Source: Planctomycetota bacterium (GTDB lineage: Bacteria; Planctomycetota; SZUA-567; H5-PLA8). From it: a stretch of 64,000 bases of DNA. Below the pieces are notes generated by a model, which searched no databases, was not told the DNA's origin, and saw nothing but the letters and a program-made list of their open reading frames with translations. The DNA lies in contig JBBRPR010000036.1 of NCBI GenBank assembly GCA_038227875.1, positions 1 to 64,000 of the forward strand. The letters run 5' to 3'. Positions within the stretch are counted from its first letter, which is position 1, and each line of letters opens with the position of its first letter. Positions 7,526 to 15,378 of this stretch are shown piece after piece. Both the position numbers and the translations under genes were made by a program.

Positions 7526-8845
7526 TTGCTTTCAACGGGCTGCTTGCCTGTGATCCACGATCTCCGGCAGACACGTCTGGCGGACCGCCGGCTCGGTAAT
7601 TTCGTGCTGCCGGCGTACGGCGGCCACAACTTCGCGGATATTCCCAATACAGTGCTCTCGCTGTTCGGCGCCGATCCGCGGCGGCCCATGCTGGATGCGG
7701 AGATCCTGGCCAAGATCACCGCGCGGAAATTCAAGCACGTCCTCGTGCTCCTGATCGACGGCTTTGGCTTCGGCGATTTCGTCGCGCGCGCCCCGCGCTA
7801 TCCGTTCTTCCGGAAGATCTGCGAACGCGGCGACGTCTTTTCGCTGACGTCCGTGTTTCCCTCCACGACCTCCGCAGCACTGACCACATTTTTCAGCGGA
7901 CTTACGCCGCAGGAACACGGGCTGCCGGAGTGGAACATTTACCTGAAGGAAGTCGACGAGACGATCCAGACACTGCCCTTCAAGCGCATGAGCGGCAAGT
8001 ATGGCGACGAACTGGTCGACGCGGGTCTGAATCCCAGTCTGCTCTACGATGGCACGACGATTTTCGAAAAACTGAAAGCGCACGGCATCCCATCGACGTG
8101 CTTCAATCAGCGCTCGTACGCCTACAGCGGGTATTCCTCCGTTACGCGCCGGGGCGCGGCGGCGATGGGCTTTCAAAACGGCTCCGACCTGATGGTTCAC
8201 CTCGCGCGCCGCCTGCAGGCCGCGGAGTCGCCGCAGTTTTTCTACGTGTACTGGGATGCCTTCGACAACCTCGAACACACCTATGCGCCGGGGTCGGCGG
8301 AGACGGAATTCGAGCTCGAAAGCATCTCGCACATGTTCAACGAGCAACTGCTGGCGCGACTGGACGGCAAGGTCGCGGAGAACACGCTGCTCCTGATCAC
8401 CGCCGACCACGGGCACGTCCCCGTGCTGCCGGAGCAACTGACGTTGCTCTCGAAATATCCCGAAGTTGCGTCGGCATTAATGCAGAGCCCCGCCGGCCGT
8501 ACGATCTACCCCACCGGCGGCATCCGCGATCTGATCCTGCATCTGCGGCCGGAGAAACTCGCGGCGACGCAGCAGTTCCTCGAAGAGAAGCTGCGCGGCA
8601 AGGCCGATGTCTGGACCACGCAGCACGCGATCGAACGCGGCGTTTTCGGCATCAACGCGCCCACGGCGCGGTTTCTGGAACGCGCCGGGAATCTGTGGGT
8701 GCTGCCGTACGAAAACCAGACCGTGTGGTTCGAATATCCCGACAAGAAAGACAAGACGCACTTCCGCGGGCATCACGGCGGGCTCTCGCCCACGGAAGTG
8801 TTCATCCCGTTGGGCGTGGCGACGCTGGCGGAGTTGCTGGACTGA
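7526..8845 (+). CDS. Alkaline phosphatase superfamily / nucleotide pyrophosphatase-phosphodiesterase; exact start uncertain
   Basis: LLIDGFG, SVFPSTTSAALTT, PQEHGL, DNLEH, LITADHGH, GHHGGLSPTE motifs. Confidence 0.88.
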   Translation: MLSTGCLPVIHDLRQTRLADRRLGNFVLPAYGGHNFADIPNTVLSLFGADPRRPMLDAEILAKITARKFKHVLVLLIDGFGFGDFVARAPRYPFFRKICERGDVFSLTSVFPSTTSAALTTFFSGLTPQEHGLPEWNIYLKEVDETIQTLPFKRMSGKYGDELVDAGLNPSLLYDGTTIFEKLKAHGIPSTCFNQRSYAYSGYSSVTRRGAAAMGFQNGSDLMVHLARRLQAAESPQFFYVYWDAFDNLEHTYAPGSAETEFELESISHMFNEQLLARLDGKVAENTLLLITADHGHVPVLPEQLTLLSKYPEVASALMQSPAGRTIYPTGGIRDLILHLRPEKLAATQQFLEEKLRGKADVWTTQHAIERGVFGINAPTARFLERAGNLWVLPYENQTVWFEYPDKKDKTHFRGHHGGLSPTEVFIPLGVATLAELLD

Positions 8846-8859
8846 TTTTTTGACGCGGC

Positions 8860-9516
8860 TTACTGCCCCTTCGCCGAACCCTTGCTGCTGCCCGAGAACA
8901 ACGTCACGTTGTCCACCAGCTTGCCTTTGTTCGTGTAGCTGGCCGTGTACGCAATCGTTTCCACGCCCGCCGACAGCGTGCCCACCGCAATCGTGGAGCG
9001 CGCTGTCTTCGTCCCTGTTCCCTTGCCTTCCGGATTCTTCTTCGGCTTGAACGAGAAATTCAGGAACTGCTGCGCGAACACCGGGCGCACCGTATCGTTG
9101 ATCGTGATCACGATCGACGTCTTGCCGATTTTCACGCTCGCCGTGCCCAGCACTCGGCCCGTCGGCGACGGAATGCTGCCCAGCGTCGTGAAGCCCACCT
9201 TTACCGACGACGCGCCGGCCACGTATTTGGGATCAGCGCTGAATTTGAACGTCAGATTGTAGTCGTCGCTGCCCGACGTCTCTTCGACAAGGTAGCTCAC
9301 GGTCGTGTCACCGGTGAACGACTTGGGATCGTACGTGCCGTTGATCACGATGACGTGCTTGGAGTTGGCTTTCGCGAGCGTCTCCAGCGATGAACCGATC
9401 GGCGTTTTCAGAATCTTCGAGCTGGCCGAATCGGAAAATGAAACCGTCGCTGTCACCGCCTGCGCATAAACGGTCGACGAGATCACCAGCAACAACGCAC
9501 TGACAAAATACCGCAT
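8860..9516 (-). CDS. Secreted hypothetical beta-rich protein
   Basis: Signal peptide MRYFVSALLLVISSTVYAQA; GGAG RBS; Thr/Ser/Val-rich. Confidence 0.75.
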   Translation of the reverse strand: MRYFVSALLLVISSTVYAQAVTATVSFSDSASSKILKTPIGSSLETLAKANSKHVIVINGTYDPKSFTGDTTVSYLVEETSGSDDYNLTFKFSADPKYVAGASSVKVGFTTLGSIPSPTGRVLGTASVKIGKTSIVITINDTVRPVFAQQFLNFSFKPKKNPEGKGTGTKTARSTIAVGTLSAGVETIAYTASYTNKGKLVDNVTLFSGSSKGSAKGQ

Positions 9517-9636
9517 GAGAAAATCTCCCGAGTGAAGGTCACGGCTGAAAAGTTGAATCGTGACACGTTAAGTTCGGCTGGGAGAAAGTCAACGGTTACT
9601 TTTGTGTGTTATTTTGCCGGAGGTGCCATGCCGTTT

Positions 9637-9660
9637 GTAGTCCGGGCGGCTCGCCCGGAC
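9637..9660 (+). repeat. GTAG-type REP-like palindrome
   Basis: GTAG-TCCGGGCG-GCT-CGCCCGGA-C just after the stop of 9670..10440. Confidence 0.5.
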
Positions 9661-9669
9661 CACGGGAAA

Positions 9670-10440
9670 CTACATCACCGCAGCGCGAAAATCCGCCCAT
9701 GAACAGCCGCCGTTGAGACGCGGAAATTCGAAGACGCCCTTTTCCTTCAGCAGCGCCGCGCGGCGTTCGTGCATCTTCCCATCGCGCGTGATGAACTGGC
9801 CCCACCAACCGTAGCCCTTGGGAAATTCCTCCGCCTTCACCAGCGACGCCGCGAAGCTTTTCGGGAAGAGTTCCTGAATCGGCTTCAAATGATTCATCCA
9901 CGAATCGAACGACATGCGCTCCGGTTTCCCATGCTGCTCCTCGATCTCCGCGATGATCTTCCGCAGATCTTCCCGGCGCTTCCCCGGCTGAGCGAACGGG
10001 GAGAGCGGCGCGTCCAGGTTGTGGAAGTGCAGATGAACCGCACGGTGCTCGGGATTGAAATCGTAGCGAAAGCAGCCCGTGTACTTTTCCGAAAGCAGTC
10101 CCCGCTCGTAAATCGGAAACGCCGTTAACCAGCGCGTGCCCCAGCGCTCCCATAGAAACGCCACGAACGCCGCGCGGCCTGCCCCGAGCTCCGTCGAAGG
10201 GCCTGACTTGCCGGCATGCCGCTGCAACGCGTTCCAGCACTCCGAAAGCAACCCGCGCCAGGCGTGATCGTCCAGATCCATCGTCACGCCAGGAGCGAAT
10301 TTGCAGATGCCTTTGAACTGCGTGAAATTGCCGAAGCCGTAGTCCATCCCCCACCACGGCTCGCGGGACAAGCGATGGTGCAGGTAGTTGGCCTGAAGTT
10401 CAAACATCTCTTGCGGAAACGATGGAACCGTGCCGCTCAT
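9670..10440 (-). CDS. Hypothetical protein (256 aa), possibly GNAT-like fold
   Basis: Host-like codon use; ATGA overlap with the upstream amidohydrolase; VHLHFHN...SPF...SFDSWMN only loosely recalls GNAT-like acyltransferases. Confidence 0.65.
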   Translation of the reverse strand: MSGTVPSFPQEMFELQANYLHHRLSREPWWGMDYGFGNFTQFKGICKFAPGVTMDLDDHAWRGLLSECWNALQRHAGKSGPSTELGAGRAAFVAFLWERWGTRWLTAFPIYERGLLSEKYTGCFRYDFNPEHRAVHLHFHNLDAPLSPFAQPGKRREDLRKIIAEIEEQHGKPERMSFDSWMNHLKPIQELFPKSFAASLVKAEEFPKGYGWWGQFITRDGKMHERRAALLKEKGVFEFPRLNGGCSWADFRAAVM

Positions 10441-11468
10441 CGGTGGTTCCCGATTCCTGCAGGCACGGGCAGCGGCTTGGGTACGCGGCTGACGAAGCGC
10501 TGGAAATTCAAGCCCATCACTTTATCCAGCGTTGTCTGTGGCAGCGCCAGCCCGCGCAATTCCACGCGGCCGTTGCTGCCCGTCGACGGCTGCTGCCCCA
10601 TCGCCAGTTCGCTCAGGTTGAAAAACGTTTCGCTGGTTTCGAGGAACAACCGCAGCGTCTCAGCCTTGGCACGCGCGTGCTTGAGCGCGTTGCGATCGTT
10701 GATGTCCGTGCCGTACAGCACGCGGTCCTGGAAGCGGACGAAGAAATCGCGGCCGCGGTCCGGGTTGTCGGAGAGGTAGTAGAGAAATTCGCCGCCCATC
10801 GCCAGGTCGATCATGATCCCCGGGTAGCGGTCGAGCAAACCCGTCAGACGATCCAACTGCGGCGCCAGGTACATGAAATGAGGAAAGTTAATGCGCAGGG
10901 TCGGGTGCCGCTTCAAAATCGCTTCGGCTTGGCGGTGGAATTCCTCCTGCGGCTGGAGGTCCTGGTACGAATTCGGGCCATGCCACAGATTGATCGGATC
11001 CGAAACATGCAGCGTCACCGGCGCTTTCAGCTCCGCGACGCGCGCAAAAAACGGCGCGTAGTACGGATGATCCAGCCCCAGCGGCATCCACGTGCGGCGC
11101 AGCGCCGGCTTGCCTTCCAGCATTTTGATGCCGTCGTATCGCTCCATGATACGCGTGGCCTGATCCGCCAAGTACGCGCCGTCGCCCGACGCGACACGCT
11201 GCGGATCGTGCTCCAGGCAACCAAACGCGTAGAAAAAGTCCGGCCGCTCCGCCTTCCGTTCCAGCACAAACGCGTTCTGAGTCACCGCGTTGGGTCCCGG
11301 TATCGCGAGCAGATTAAGATGGGTATAATTAACGAGATCGAGGATTTTGTAGAAGTGTGGAAGTGGCTCGGCACCTAAATAATGTACGTGAGAATCGATG
11401 ACGACATTGGATTTCCAACGAATTGTGTCCAAGCAAGGCGTCCTCCGAAGGTCTATGAAAGATACCAC
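10437..11468 (-). CDS. Amidohydrolase family (amidohydro_2-like) protein; start uncertain
   Basis: VVIDSHVHY, GIKML, PVTLHVSDP, RHPTLRINFPHF, DRVLYGTD motifs. Confidence 0.88.
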   Translation of the reverse strand: MVSFIDLRRTPCLDTIRWKSNVVIDSHVHYLGAEPLPHFYKILDLVNYTHLNLLAIPGPNAVTQNAFVLERKAERPDFFYAFGCLEHDPQRVASGDGAYLADQATRIMERYDGIKMLEGKPALRRTWMPLGLDHPYYAPFFARVAELKAPVTLHVSDPINLWHGPNSYQDLQPQEEFHRQAEAILKRHPTLRINFPHFMYLAPQLDRLTGLLDRYPGIMIDLAMGGEFLYYLSDNPDRGRDFFVRFQDRVLYGTDINDRNALKHARAKAETLRLFLETSETFFNLSELAMGQQPSTGSNGRVELRGLALPQTTLDKVMGLNFQRFVSRVPKPLPVPAGIGNHR

Positions 11469-11517
11469 GTAAACAACGTGCAGCCATTAAAATATGTTGT
11501 AGTTTTTGCGACAAAGG

Positions 11518-11543
11518 ACCACATGGCCAATTGGCCATGTGGT
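11518..11543. repeat. Perfect 26-bp palindrome
   Basis: ACCACATGGCCAATTGGCCATGTGGT; related imperfect copy at 54116-54143. Confidence 0.8.
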
Positions 11544-11579
11544 TAGAATCCAACATCCGGTAAATTTACCGGGGCTGTC

Positions 11580-11718
11580 TGGTGCCACGGATGCGCGGAC
11601 TCTTGAGCGAAGCGAAAGAGTCCGTTCATCCGTGCGGACGCATTGCCTTGACGGCGCGCAACGCACGGATGAATAAACTTCTTCGCTGCGCTCAGAAGTT
11701 TATGCATCCGTGGCACCA
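11580..11718. repeat. ~139-bp double-hairpin REP/MITE-like element, copy 1
   Basis: Terminal inverted repeats TGGTGCCACGGATGC...GCATCCGTGGCACCA with two internal hairpins; inverted homologue at 53132-53271. Confidence 0.85.
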
Positions 11719-11727
11719 GAAGATCTC

Positions 11728-14265
11728 TCAACTTTTCTTGCCGCGCGTGAATCGCCAGATCAGCCCAAACAGCACCGCGATCACCGCCAGCCACGGCAGC
11801 ATCATCCCCAAGCCGCGGATCAGGTAGCCCATCGACGTCAGGAAACCGCCGAAGGTGTCGCGCATCAGCATGCGGAAGGAGCCTTCCTCCTGCGGCGCGA
11901 TTGTGGGTTTTTCCTGGATCGTCACCGCGATCTCGCCGACGACGTTGGGATCGACGCGCGAAAGCTCGCCCAGCCCCACGCCTTTCACATCGCGCGATTT
12001 GACGCGGCCGAGTTTCTCGAGCTGGCCGATCACTGCGTCCATCTTTTCCGCTTTGACGCTGAGCTTGAACGCGCCCGTCCACGAACCGTCCGAGCGCTGC
12101 CGGCTGTCCGCTTCGCTGACGTGCAGGCCCTGCTCCTTGGTCAGCGCCGTGAGCCGATCGCGCGCCTCCACGAACTCGGTGACCTCCAGCGTTATCGCCC
12201 CGCCGGGAACTTCCTTCGGCTGCTCAAAGAGTTGCAGTTCGACCGTGCACGGTACATCCGCCGCGCCGCCTTGAATTTTTCCAGACTCGCCGCCCACCGT
12301 ACGGTGCGCGATGCGGCCCAGCGACGGAAGCGCATCGACCAGCGCCGCGAAGTTCCCGGCTCGGACGCGCAAGCTGATCTGCGCCGTCGAGACGCCGTTG
12401 TTCTGGCGCTGCGTCTGATTGCTGACGACCGTCGCCTGTGCGGCTGCAAGCGCCACGTCGAGCTTCGCGATGGCTTCGGGCAGCGCGCCGACTTCGATCT
12501 GCAGACTTTCCGTCGGCAACTGGATGCCCCGTTCGAAGAGCACCAGCGCGATGTCGCAGGGCACATCCTGAGCGCCATCGGGCACGCCGGATCCGAAGGG
12601 CTGATTGACAATCTTCTCGTCCTGGACGCGGCCGAGGCCCTTGATCGCCGCCGCGACCTCCGCAAAGCGCCCGAACTTCGCGCGCAGCGCGTAGGTGCCC
12701 ATCAACGTGCCATCGCTGCGCTTGTTGGTCTGGCCGTTGAGCAGTTGTGCACCGGCGTTGGTCAGCGCTGCGTCGAGCGCCTTCTTGGCTTCGCTCAAGT
12801 TCGCTACTTCGACCGACAAACTCCCCGTCGGCACCGCGCGCGCCGGTTCCTGCAGCGTCAGGCGAATGGTCGACAGGCCAATCTGCTCCTGCCAGACGCG
12901 CATCTGCCCTTCCATCCCTTCGATCTCGCCGCGCACGCGCGTCAACTCGCGCTCCACCTCCAGCAGGCTCTGGATCTTGTCGAGGTACGTCTTGCTCTTC
13001 ACCAGCTCCTGCAGCCGCTCTTCCTCCACCCGCATGTTTTTGATGCGCGCTTCGGTGTCGACGTACTGCGCCGTAATATCCGCCGCCCCCGCGCGATCCT
13101 GCAGCACCGTGCCGAGCTTCTTCAACTCACCGAAGAGTTCTTCAAAGCGTTCCGGCACGACGCGAATGACTATGTCCCCGCGCTTGGCCGCGCCGGACAG
13201 GTCGCTCGTCCGGCTGTCGGCGATCTGCGCCTGGAATTTGGTAACCAGAGCTTCGACCGCGCGGGTGGAGTCCGTGTAATTCTTGATCTCGAGCGTCAGC
13301 TCGCCGGTCTTGATGATCTTGAGCTTGGCGTCGGCTTTGGTCTCTTTGGGAGGCGTGTCGATGGCTTTTTCGGGATCGCCTTTCGTGCGACTCGTCTCAG
13401 TGGGATTCGCTTGGGTGTTGTTGAAAAGATTGAAGCTCATTGGGCCAAACCAAGAGTTACTCATCCGAATATTAGGATTTGACAGGGCGGGATACTCCGG
13501 GCGTTTCCCTAGAATAAACGCCTTCTGGTCGTCAGTGAGTCCCGGTAAGTCGCCAAGCTTTTGTGGTGCCTCCACCGGCATGACAGGAGCGTTGGGTGGT
13601 TGGAGGACGAGGTATTCTTCGTTATGTGCAGTGAGTGCCTTATTCTGCTCAGCCAGGCCATCGGCTTCGTTTCTTTCTTGAGCCACAAGACTTTCTTGCT
13701 GCCGAATCGTGTTGTCCTTCGCTGCAAGTGCAACCTCGTGGCGACCGTCGTCTTCTCCGACGGGACCTCGCGCATACTTCTTGTCTTCGACCGTTCGGCG
13801 ATAAACCTCTTCACCTTCCGCGTAAGCCGGACCACCGGTAACTAAAGGGATTCTAATCGGCGTCTGCGCGGCCCCAGCGGTAAGCCACTCGTGCCGTTCC
13901 TGCATCGTTCCCAACTGCATCGCCACAATAAACACCGCCGCAACCATCAGCGACGCGACCGCAACTTTCTTCCAGCGCGTGAGCGAAATCGGCGCGTGCG
14001 GTTTGGGCATCGAGCGTGCCATCGCCACGCCGGAATTGGCCGCGGTGGCGTTCTGGATCGCGAGCCACGTGTTGCGCATGGTGTTCTCCGGAGCATGAAT
14101 GTCGCGGGCCGTGTGCAGCATCGCGCGGGTCTTCTCCAACTGGCGCAGATCGTCGCGGCATTCACCGCAGCCGCGCAAATGCGCGTCGAGATTCGCCGCC
14201 AGATCGCCCGACAGCGATCCGTGCACGCGCTCGTCGATCAGTAATCTTGATTCATGACAATCCAT
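11728..14265 (-). CDS. Zinc-binding anti-sigma factor (zf-HC2) with TM, four DUF4349-like modules and C-terminal TM
   Basis: AHLRGCGEC (HxxxCxxC); TM VAVASLMVAAVFIVAM; canonical DUF4349 KIIKTGELTLEI...DITAQYVDTEARI...LLEVERELTRVRGEIE...STIRLTLQEP; three further repeats; downstream of an ECF sigma. Confidence 0.85.
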   Translation of the reverse strand: MDCHESRLLIDERVHGSLSGDLAANLDAHLRGCGECRDDLRQLEKTRAMLHTARDIHAPENTMRNTWLAIQNATAANSGVAMARSMPKPHAPISLTRWKKVAVASLMVAAVFIVAMQLGTMQERHEWLTAGAAQTPIRIPLVTGGPAYAEGEEVYRRTVEDKKYARGPVGEDDGRHEVALAAKDNTIRQQESLVAQERNEADGLAEQNKALTAHNEEYLVLQPPNAPVMPVEAPQKLGDLPGLTDDQKAFILGKRPEYPALSNPNIRMSNSWFGPMSFNLFNNTQANPTETSRTKGDPEKAIDTPPKETKADAKLKIIKTGELTLEIKNYTDSTRAVEALVTKFQAQIADSRTSDLSGAAKRGDIVIRVVPERFEELFGELKKLGTVLQDRAGAADITAQYVDTEARIKNMRVEEERLQELVKSKTYLDKIQSLLEVERELTRVRGEIEGMEGQMRVWQEQIGLSTIRLTLQEPARAVPTGSLSVEVANLSEAKKALDAALTNAGAQLLNGQTNKRSDGTLMGTYALRAKFGRFAEVAAAIKGLGRVQDEKIVNQPFGSGVPDGAQDVPCDIALVLFERGIQLPTESLQIEVGALPEAIAKLDVALAAAQATVVSNQTQRQNNGVSTAQISLRVRAGNFAALVDALPSLGRIAHRTVGGESGKIQGGAADVPCTVELQLFEQPKEVPGGAITLEVTEFVEARDRLTALTKEQGLHVSEADSRQRSDGSWTGAFKLSVKAEKMDAVIGQLEKLGRVKSRDVKGVGLGELSRVDPNVVGEIAVTIQEKPTIAPQEEGSFRMLMRDTFGGFLTSMGYLIRGLGMMLPWLAVIAVLFGLIWRFTRGKKS

Positions 14266-14418
14266 GGTACGCCTCTGCTCTGTCGCCTGGTCTGATTGGT
14301 GCCAGTGCCTTCGCCGTACGCGTCACCGAACTTCGATTCCACTGCGATCGCACTGGCAAGGCCGGTCTTTCGCACGCTCCAAGTCCGTCACGTGCCAGTG
14401 GCACCACTTCTCACGCCT

Positions 14419-14967
14419 CTACGCGCTGACGTGGCTCGCCAGCATCTCCTTCAATCGCCGCCGCGCGCGAAACAGCGTTACTTTCACGCGCGGTTCGCCC
14501 CAGCCGAGAATCTCGCACGCGGCTTTCAGCGGCAGGTCTTCGATCTCGCAGAGCAGCACCACTTCGCGCTCGGCTTCCGGCAACCGCGCAATCGCCGCGC
14601 GGACCACGGCGCGGGTTTCGTCCAGGGCGAACTGTTCGGCCGGCTCCATGTTCTCGGAAGGGACCTGGTTCATCGTTTCCGGCTCGGTCTGCGGCATGCG
14701 CCCGCGGTGGCGCGACAATTCCACTGCCGACGAACGCACGATCGTGAACAGCCACGTCGTAAACTGCGCGCGCCCTTCGAACGACTTCAGGTGCTGAGCC
14801 ACGCGGACGAATGTTTCCTGCAGAATCTCCGCCGCCGCATCGTCGCGGCCCGAAAAGTACCGCGCGTAACGCCAGACCCGGTCCGCGTGCCGCCAATACA
14901 ACGACTCCAGTGCCGAGGCATCCCCGGCTCTGTGCGCGCGTATCAGATCAGCATCACTTTCGTTCAT
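14419..14967 (-). CDS. ECF RNA polymerase sigma factor
   Basis: SDADLIRAHRAGDASALESLY, AAEILQETFVRV, FEGRAQFTTWLFTI, LPEAEREVVLL, VKVTLFRARRRL. The ATG at 14967 has a GGAG RBS; the track's start at 15192 is too long. Confidence 0.93.
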   Translation of the reverse strand: MNESDADLIRAHRAGDASALESLYWRHADRVWRYARYFSGRDDAAAEILQETFVRVAQHLKSFEGRAQFTTWLFTIVRSSAVELSRHRGRMPQTEPETMNQVPSENMEPAEQFALDETRAVVRAAIARLPEAEREVVLLCEIEDLPLKAACEILGWGEPRVKVTLFRARRRLKEMLASHVSA

Positions 14968-14984
14968 GGCGTCTCCATCTGTAG

Positions 14985-15015
14985 TGTACGAGGAACTCGC
15001 CGCAGAAAGGTTACA
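14985..15015 (-). promoter_or_regulatory. Possible ECF-type autoregulatory promoter
   Basis: Minus strand TGTAAC-N19-CGTACA just upstream of the sigma RBS. The AAC/CGT cores fit ECF promoters but the spacing is longer than the usual 16-17. Confidence 0.3.
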
Positions 15016-15378
15016 ACTTTGTGGCAATAAAATGAGCCGCTGCGGGGGCAATAAGGCAATAGGGGTTTTTACAATGGGGTTACCTGCCGCGGATGAATTT
15101 GCCGGTAATCTTCGTGAATGCAGTGACCGCAACGCCTGCTGATTCGTTATCACGGGTGATACAGCGCATCTGTTTTGAACAATTTGTTGCAACGCCTGGC
15201 CGGAAGGAACGTCTTAATCATGTTGAGTAAAATAGACCGCGTGTGACCTGACGGTTCGCACGCTATTAACGCGTGGTAGCGCAGTTGGCGTGTCTCTTTC
15301 GAGACGTGGCCGGCCTGTGTGCGCACAGCTCGCGCGAACTTTACCGACGAACTGAATACTGGGCGAGGGGAGCCAGCA

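Noticed and set aside
7526..8845. PglZ/BREX defence component
   Set aside because: Stand-alone alkaline-phosphatase-family enzyme with no BREX neighbours.
15023..15061. Three GGCAATA copies in the sigma/protease divergent region
   Set aside because: Irregular spacing and short length; cannot be distinguished from chance without comparative data.
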